Part shown: piece after piece, positions 59,533 through 64,000 of the stretch | How the letters are laid out: every line of letters starts with the position of its first letter | Numbering within the stretch: the first letter of the stretch is position 1 | The notes under the pieces: model-generated | What the model was told of the DNA's origin: nothing | Databases searched by the model: none | Seen by the model: the letters and a program-made list of their open reading frames with translations, nothing else | Program-made: the position numbers and the translations under genes | Assembly (NCBI GenBank): GCA_022448485.1 | Contig: JAKUUI010000005.1 | Span: 5,979 to 69,978, forward strand | DNA: 64,000 nt | Origin: SAR324 cluster bacterium | Lineage (GTDB): Bacteria > SAR324 > NAC60-12 | Direction: 5' to 3'

Positions 59533-60015
59533 TTACTGTGATGAAATCGGTTGTTCCAAAGTGTCAAAAAGTATGTCAAACTCACTGTATTCACTTTCCA
59601 GAGAAAGCCGCCTTTGATTTTCTGAAACGGTTTCAAAAAGCAGGTTGAGAACAGTTTCATCGGTTAAATAATTCAGAATATATTCCGGCCACTCAACCAA
59701 AGTGAGACCTTCTTCGGCAATCAGATCTTCACGGTCAAAATCATCGAGTTGTTCCGGATCAGTCAGGCGGTAGAGGTCAACATGAAAAATGGACAAATGT
59801 GCAGGATACATGTTGACCAAAGTATATGTTGGAGAAGTAACTATTTCAGGGTTCGCACCAAGTCCGGCACAGAGACTTTTTGCAAAGGTTGTTTTACCTG
59901 CACCCATGCTTCCCCATAGCAAAAGTATAACTCCTGGAAACAAATGTGCTGCCATTTTCCGGGCAACAGTATCAGTAATTTCCAGCGAATTTAGCTCAAT
60001 AATCAGTTTACGCAT
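59533..60015 (-). CDS. tsaE: tRNA threonylcarbamoyladenosine biosynthesis ATPase TsaE
   Basis: G.MGAGKTTF, VTSPTYTLV, H.DLYRL, VEWPE. Confidence 0.95.
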   Translation of the reverse strand: MRKLIIELNSLEITDTVARKMAAHLFPGVILLLWGSMGAGKTTFAKSLCAGLGANPEIVTSPTYTLVNMYPAHLSIFHVDLYRLTDPEQLDDFDREDLIAEEGLTLVEWPEYILNYLTDETVLNLLFETVSENQRRLSLESEYSEFDILFDTLEQPISSQ

Positions 60016-60024
60016 CAAACAGTC

Positions 60025-60729
60025 ATGAATCCAAGGGTGCTCATCAGTTGTCAAAATTTAGGCTACGCCACCCCTTCAGATTCCGGAATACCTGCTGGAA
60101 AAAAGTGGGATATACGGAAACTGAATTTGGAATTGCATGCTGGAGAGAGAGCTTGTTTCCATTTTCAAAATGAGGAGCAGAAACAGGTATTATGGCGTTT
60201 ATTTCAGCAAAAGCTCAAGCCTAAAACTGGTTCTTTCCAGATTTCAGGAAATACTCATCTACATACTGACAATAGCTTTTGGGAAGGTACGGACAAGAAA
60301 GCATCTCTGAAGGAAAATATGAAATCTAAACTTTTTTCAACTCGACCGTGGTTTGGCGGACAGCGAAAAAATTTGGACACTTTAATGGATCGCTTAGGTT
60401 TGACCGGACAAATTCCACACCTTCAGGTCCAGGAACTTAAACCTGAACATGCAAAACGATTTTGGGTTTTGATGCTGGTTGCGGCAAATACAAAAGTCGT
60501 TTTGATTGACCGCTTATTTTCACAGCTGGACGAAATCAGTTTGCCTTTTTTTCAAGAATGGCAGGAGGGTTTTCCTGGAATTTTAATAATGTTCGGAGAA
60601 CACCCCGAATATCTCAAGGCAGTTAATTCACGGGTAATGGAAAAACACCGCAGCTTAAAACCTCTGTTCAATTCCATCATCAGTTTTTCTGCAGACGGAG
60701 TGGCAAAAAAAGTGGAGACAGAGAACTAG
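60025..60729 (+). CDS. Degenerate ABC-ATPase-fold protein
   Basis: ABC NBD scaffold (LNLELHAGE...LKPKTGSF, SLKENM, MDRLGL, VVLIDRLFSQLD), but Walker A, signature and catalytic Glu are eroded. Confidence 0.65.
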   Translation: MNPRVLISCQNLGYATPSDSGIPAGKKWDIRKLNLELHAGERACFHFQNEEQKQVLWRLFQQKLKPKTGSFQISGNTHLHTDNSFWEGTDKKASLKENMKSKLFSTRPWFGGQRKNLDTLMDRLGLTGQIPHLQVQELKPEHAKRFWVLMLVAANTKVVLIDRLFSQLDEISLPFFQEWQEGFPGILIMFGEHPEYLKAVNSRVMEKHRSLKPLFNSIISFSADGVAKKVETEN

Positions 60730-60878
60730 GCCAGGCAAAATGGAGATAACTTTTCTGCAGACATGCCATGATTGCTTATTGTTAGTGATGAGTTCGAAAA
60801 TAACCGAAATACCTGACTTGTTTCTTATTTGTTATTAAGCAAAAATCCATATGTTCAAATCACTCCAATTCAAAAGAA

Positions 60879-62648
60879 ATGCAATTTAGTAAAGACTTTA
60901 TCCGTAAAGTGGCAGAAGCCACTGAACTTGTTGACTTGATTTCTGAGCGCGGCATTACGCTCAAACGAGCAGGTGCTAACTACAAGGGCCTTTGCCCTTT
61001 CCATTCAGAAAAAACTCCCTCATTCAATGTAAATCCAGAGCGCGGTTTTTTCCATTGTTTTGGATGCAGCGCCAGCGGAGACGGAATCAAATTTCTGATG
61101 CAATTCGATCGCCTCTCTTTTGCGGAAGCAATCGAAGAGCTTGCGAATCGAGCCAGCATTCCTCTGGAAATTCAATCTGGAGGTCCACGACTTCCCAATC
61201 CTGATGAGGACCGTGGTTTGCGTTGTCTCAGGGAAGCAGCAACTTTTTACAGGGAAAAGCTGTCTGTTCCAGAAGGAGAAAATGCAGTGAATTATCTCCA
61301 TAAGCGTCTGGTTCCAGAAAGCATGTGGGTGCAATTCCAAATCGGTATGTCACCTGATGAATGGCAGGGAACACTGAACTGTCTGCAACAAAAAAAAATT
61401 TCCCTGGAAGAGATGTCACGGACAGGTTTGATCAAGGTCAGTGAAAAATCAGGAAGACACTACGATACTTTCCGTGGACGGTTGATGTTTCCCATCAAAG
61501 ATATCCGCGGGCGCTGCATCGGTTTTGGTGCACGTGCAATGAAGCCTGATGATAAGCCCAAGTATCTCAACAGCCCGGAAACTTCCTACTACCAGAAAAG
61601 CCAGATACTTTACGGACTATACGAAGGACTTTCTTCAATCCGCAAGCTCCGCCGAATGATTTTTGTTGAGGGCTACCTGGATGTCATCCGCTTGCACGAA
61701 AACGGTTTTACAGAAGCCGTTGCCCCCTGTGGAACAGCTCTGACGCTGGATCATATAAAAATAGTCCAGCGCCACGCAGATACCGCAATTTTGCTTTTTG
61801 ACGGCGACACAGCCGGAAAAAATGCCGCACTGAGATATGCCCATCTTATGTTGCCGATTGCTCTGGAATCCTATATCCTGACTCTTCCTGAAGGAGAAGA
61901 TCCGGATACCTTTTTGTTGAATCATGGAAAAGAAGGTTTTGATGACTTGCTGGACAGGAAAGTACCGACTTTGGATTATCTGGTTCAACAGACTTTGAAA
62001 AAATTCCCAGACAGCGTACAGGGGAGAATACAGGGACTGGAAGAACTGCTGCCCACTTTGCAAGAAATCCAGGATCCAAAACGCCGACAGCTAACTTTGA
62101 TGACAATTGGCGAACGGATGAGTATTCCTCCTGGTCTACTATCAAAAGAGTTAAAAAGAAAAGAGAACAAAAGCTTGCATAAAAAGCAAAAAAATGATAC
62201 GGTTACGTGTTTATCAAATAATACGAAAGTTTCTCAAGATGAACAGTGGCTGTTACAGTCTTTGTTGCGTAAAGGTAAACTGTGGCCTAAGGTCCGTGAG
62301 CATTTGAAATCGGAAGAATTCCAGACTCCACATTTTCAGCTACTTTATGCAAAATTATTAGAGTTACCTGATGAAGCATTTCAATCTTTCGATCCGTATA
62401 CACTGGAAGAGTCTGATCCAGAACTCTTTCAGTCTGTGATGTTGATACTTACGGAGGAAATTCCAAGTCACGACTTTGGTTTATCGCTCAAGCGTATCAA
62501 AGAACGCAACTTGGAACTTAAATACCAAGAGAGACTCCTCTGCAGTGACAGCGACGAAGAGAGGGCCCAGGCAGGTGCAAAAAGAAGAAAAGAAGAAAAA
62601 GAATTGAAAGAAGTAAAACTTATTTTCGACAATATTATGGCTCTTTAA
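60879..62648 (+). CDS. dnaG: DNA primase
   Basis: Zinc finger CPFH.EKTPSF...[35 protein letters not shown] and FDGDTAG, DPD. Confidence 0.97.
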   Translation: MQFSKDFIRKVAEATELVDLISERGITLKRAGANYKGLCPFHSEKTPSFNVNPERGFFHCFGCSASGDGIKFLMQFDRLSFAEAIEELANRASIPLEIQSGGPRLPNPDEDRGLRCLREAATFYREKLSVPEGENAVNYLHKRLVPESMWVQFQIGMSPDEWQGTLNCLQQKKISLEEMSRTGLIKVSEKSGRHYDTFRGRLMFPIKDIRGRCIGFGARAMKPDDKPKYLNSPETSYYQKSQILYGLYEGLSSIRKLRRMIFVEGYLDVIRLHENGFTEAVAPCGTALTLDHIKIVQRHADTAILLFDGDTAGKNAALRYAHLMLPIALESYILTLPEGEDPDTFLLNHGKEGFDDLLDRKVPTLDYLVQQTLKKFPDSVQGRIQGLEELLPTLQEIQDPKRRQLTLMTIGERMSIPPGLLSKELKRKENKSLHKKQKNDTVTCLSNNTKVSQDEQWLLQSLLRKGKLWPKVREHLKSEEFQTPHFQLLYAKLLELPDEAFQSFDPYTLEESDPELFQSVMLILTEEIPSHDFGLSLKRIKERNLELKYQERLLCSDSDEERAQAGAKRRKEEKELKEVKLIFDNIMAL

Positions 62649-62665
62649 TCTCTGTAAACAGCTGT

Positions 62666-64000
62666 ATGAATACAGAAAATAAAAGTGAAAACGTCCTTTC
62701 TCCAGCAGAGGAAAAACTTGTGAGAGAGCTGGTTTTGGATGGACGTGAAAAAGGATTCGTCACTCTTGATGAAATCAATGAAAACCTTGGTGACGAAACT
62801 CCTTCTGCAGAACAACTTGAGAAAATATTTAATATTTTTGCAGAAATGGACATTGAAGTTATTGATTCGGAGAAAAAAATGGATATTATAACTGATCAAA
62901 CGGATTCAGGTCCTGAATTAGATTTTGAAGCCAACGATCTGAATCTTGACCCTGGCATTGACAATTCAACAGACGACCCTGTCCGCATGTATTTACGCGA
63001 GATGGGCAGCATTAAGCTTTTGACAAGAGATGGTGAGGTAGAAGTTGCAAAAAAAATAGAAAGTGGAAACACAGAGTTAATTGATATTTTCTCTAAATCT
63101 AATTTGATTTTGCTATATCTTCAAAATCTTTCCAAGCAGCTCAAATCTAATAAAATAAAGGCACGGCATGTTGTTTCCGGATTGGATGAAGATGACAACG
63201 TCATTGAAGATGAAGACGAAGCTACAGCCAGGGTCATTGCTCAACTCGATGATCTTTGGAAGTACCATGGGGCAATGAAAAAAGCCCGTAAACTTCAGGC
63301 CAGCCGTAAATTGAAAGCTGCAGAAGAAAAGCGCTTGGAGAAAAATGAAACATTATTCAAGGATGCAATACACAACATTAATTTTAACTCACGCCAAATT
63401 GAGTTAATGTGCGAGGAAATGTTTAATCACAAAAATAAAATTGATCTGACTTTCCTTAAAATGGATACCAATCTAAAAAGTTTACATTTATCTGTTGAAG
63501 AAATGGATACGATGTTTAAACAATTGCGAATTGTATCCGGCAAAAAAGCTAAAGAGAAAGCTGCCAAAGAAATTTCTGCTAAATCCGGACATCGGATCAG
63601 TATTGCAAACCGCTATTTTGAAAAAATAGAACTGAACAGGAAACGTATCAGCACAATGACCGACCTGACAGCTCTCTCTCTGAAGGGTTTTGAACTTGAG
63701 GTAAAAAAGCTTAAACGCGTTGAACGTAAAGTTAAGTCTGCAAAAAGCCAGCTCGTGGAAGCTAATTTACGACTGGTGATCAGCATTGCAAAGAAATACA
63801 CAAACCGTGGTCTGCAATTTTTGGATCTCATTCAGGAGGGCAATATTGGTCTCATGAAAGCAGTGGACAAGTTCGAGTATCGTCGAGGATACAAATTTTC
63901 AACTTATGCAACCTGGTGGATTCGTCAGTCAATCACCCGCGCCATTGCTGACCAGGCACGGACAATCCGAATTCCAGTACACATGATTGAAACGATAAAC
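62666..64000 (+). CDS. rpoD: RNA polymerase primary sigma factor (runs off the window end)
   Basis: Not in the ORF track because it has no stop. From ATG 62666: region 1.1, [70 protein letters not shown]. Follows dnaG. Confidence 0.98.
   Translation, partial: MNTENKSENVLSPAEEKLVRELVLDGREKGFVTLDEINENLGDETPSAEQLEKIFNIFAEMDIEVIDSEKKMDIITDQTDSGPELDFEANDLNLDPGIDNSTDDPVRMYLREMGSIKLLTRDGEVEVAKKIESGNTELIDIFSKSNLILLYLQNLSKQLKSNKIKARHVVSGLDEDDNVIEDEDEATARVIAQLDDLWKYHGAMKKARKLQASRKLKAAEEKRLEKNETLFKDAIHNINFNSRQIELMCEEMFNHKNKIDLTFLKMDTNLKSLHLSVEEMDTMFKQLRIVSGKKAKEKAAKEISAKSGHRISIANRYFEKIELNRKRISTMTDLTALSLKGFELEVKKLKRVERKVKSAKSQLVEANLRLVISIAKKYTNRGLQFLDLIQEGNIGLMKAVDKFEYRRGYKFSTYATWWIRQSITRAIADQARTIRIPVHMIETIN

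Noticed and set aside
312-63831. Numerous 60-170 aa ORFs in the track that overlap longer genes
   Set aside because: They are antisense or alternate-frame shadows of well-supported genes and carry no family motifs.

Overview
A 64 kb, AT-rich (about 40% GC) bacterial chromosome segment, mostly housekeeping genes. It runs from a 5'-truncated pheT to a 3'-truncated rpoD and includes ispB, topA, clpP, recN, glnE-glnA, flgFGAH, tilS, tsaBE and dnaG. Gene content and protein style suggest a marine deltaproteobacteria-like lineage such as SAR324; this is inference, not a database result. I found no rRNA, tRNA, CRISPR array, prophage or intact transposase. The most notable items are: (i) two tandem ~55-aa paralogs resembling the RNA-polymerase-binding helix of SutA, behind a near-consensus sigma-54 promoter; (ii) a ~1285-aa class I adenylate cyclase-like protein with a large helical insertion, directly after flgH, plus a metallo-beta-lactamase-fold protein with tandem cNMP-binding domains elsewhere in the window; (iii) an orphan FtsZ paralog with no C-terminal tail; (iv) a single-chain CT-alpha/CT-beta/BC/BCCP acyl-CoA carboxylase; (v) back-to-back sigma-54 promoters for glnA and flgF; (vi) three decaying genes (dgkA, a TerB-like gene, a cbbY-like HAD phosphatase); (vii) two degenerate copies of a nested-palindrome MITE/REP-like element; (viii) an apparently dead ABC-ATPase fold, a divergent orphan TrpC and a multi-HTH protein. 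All family assignments come from motif recognition by eye.
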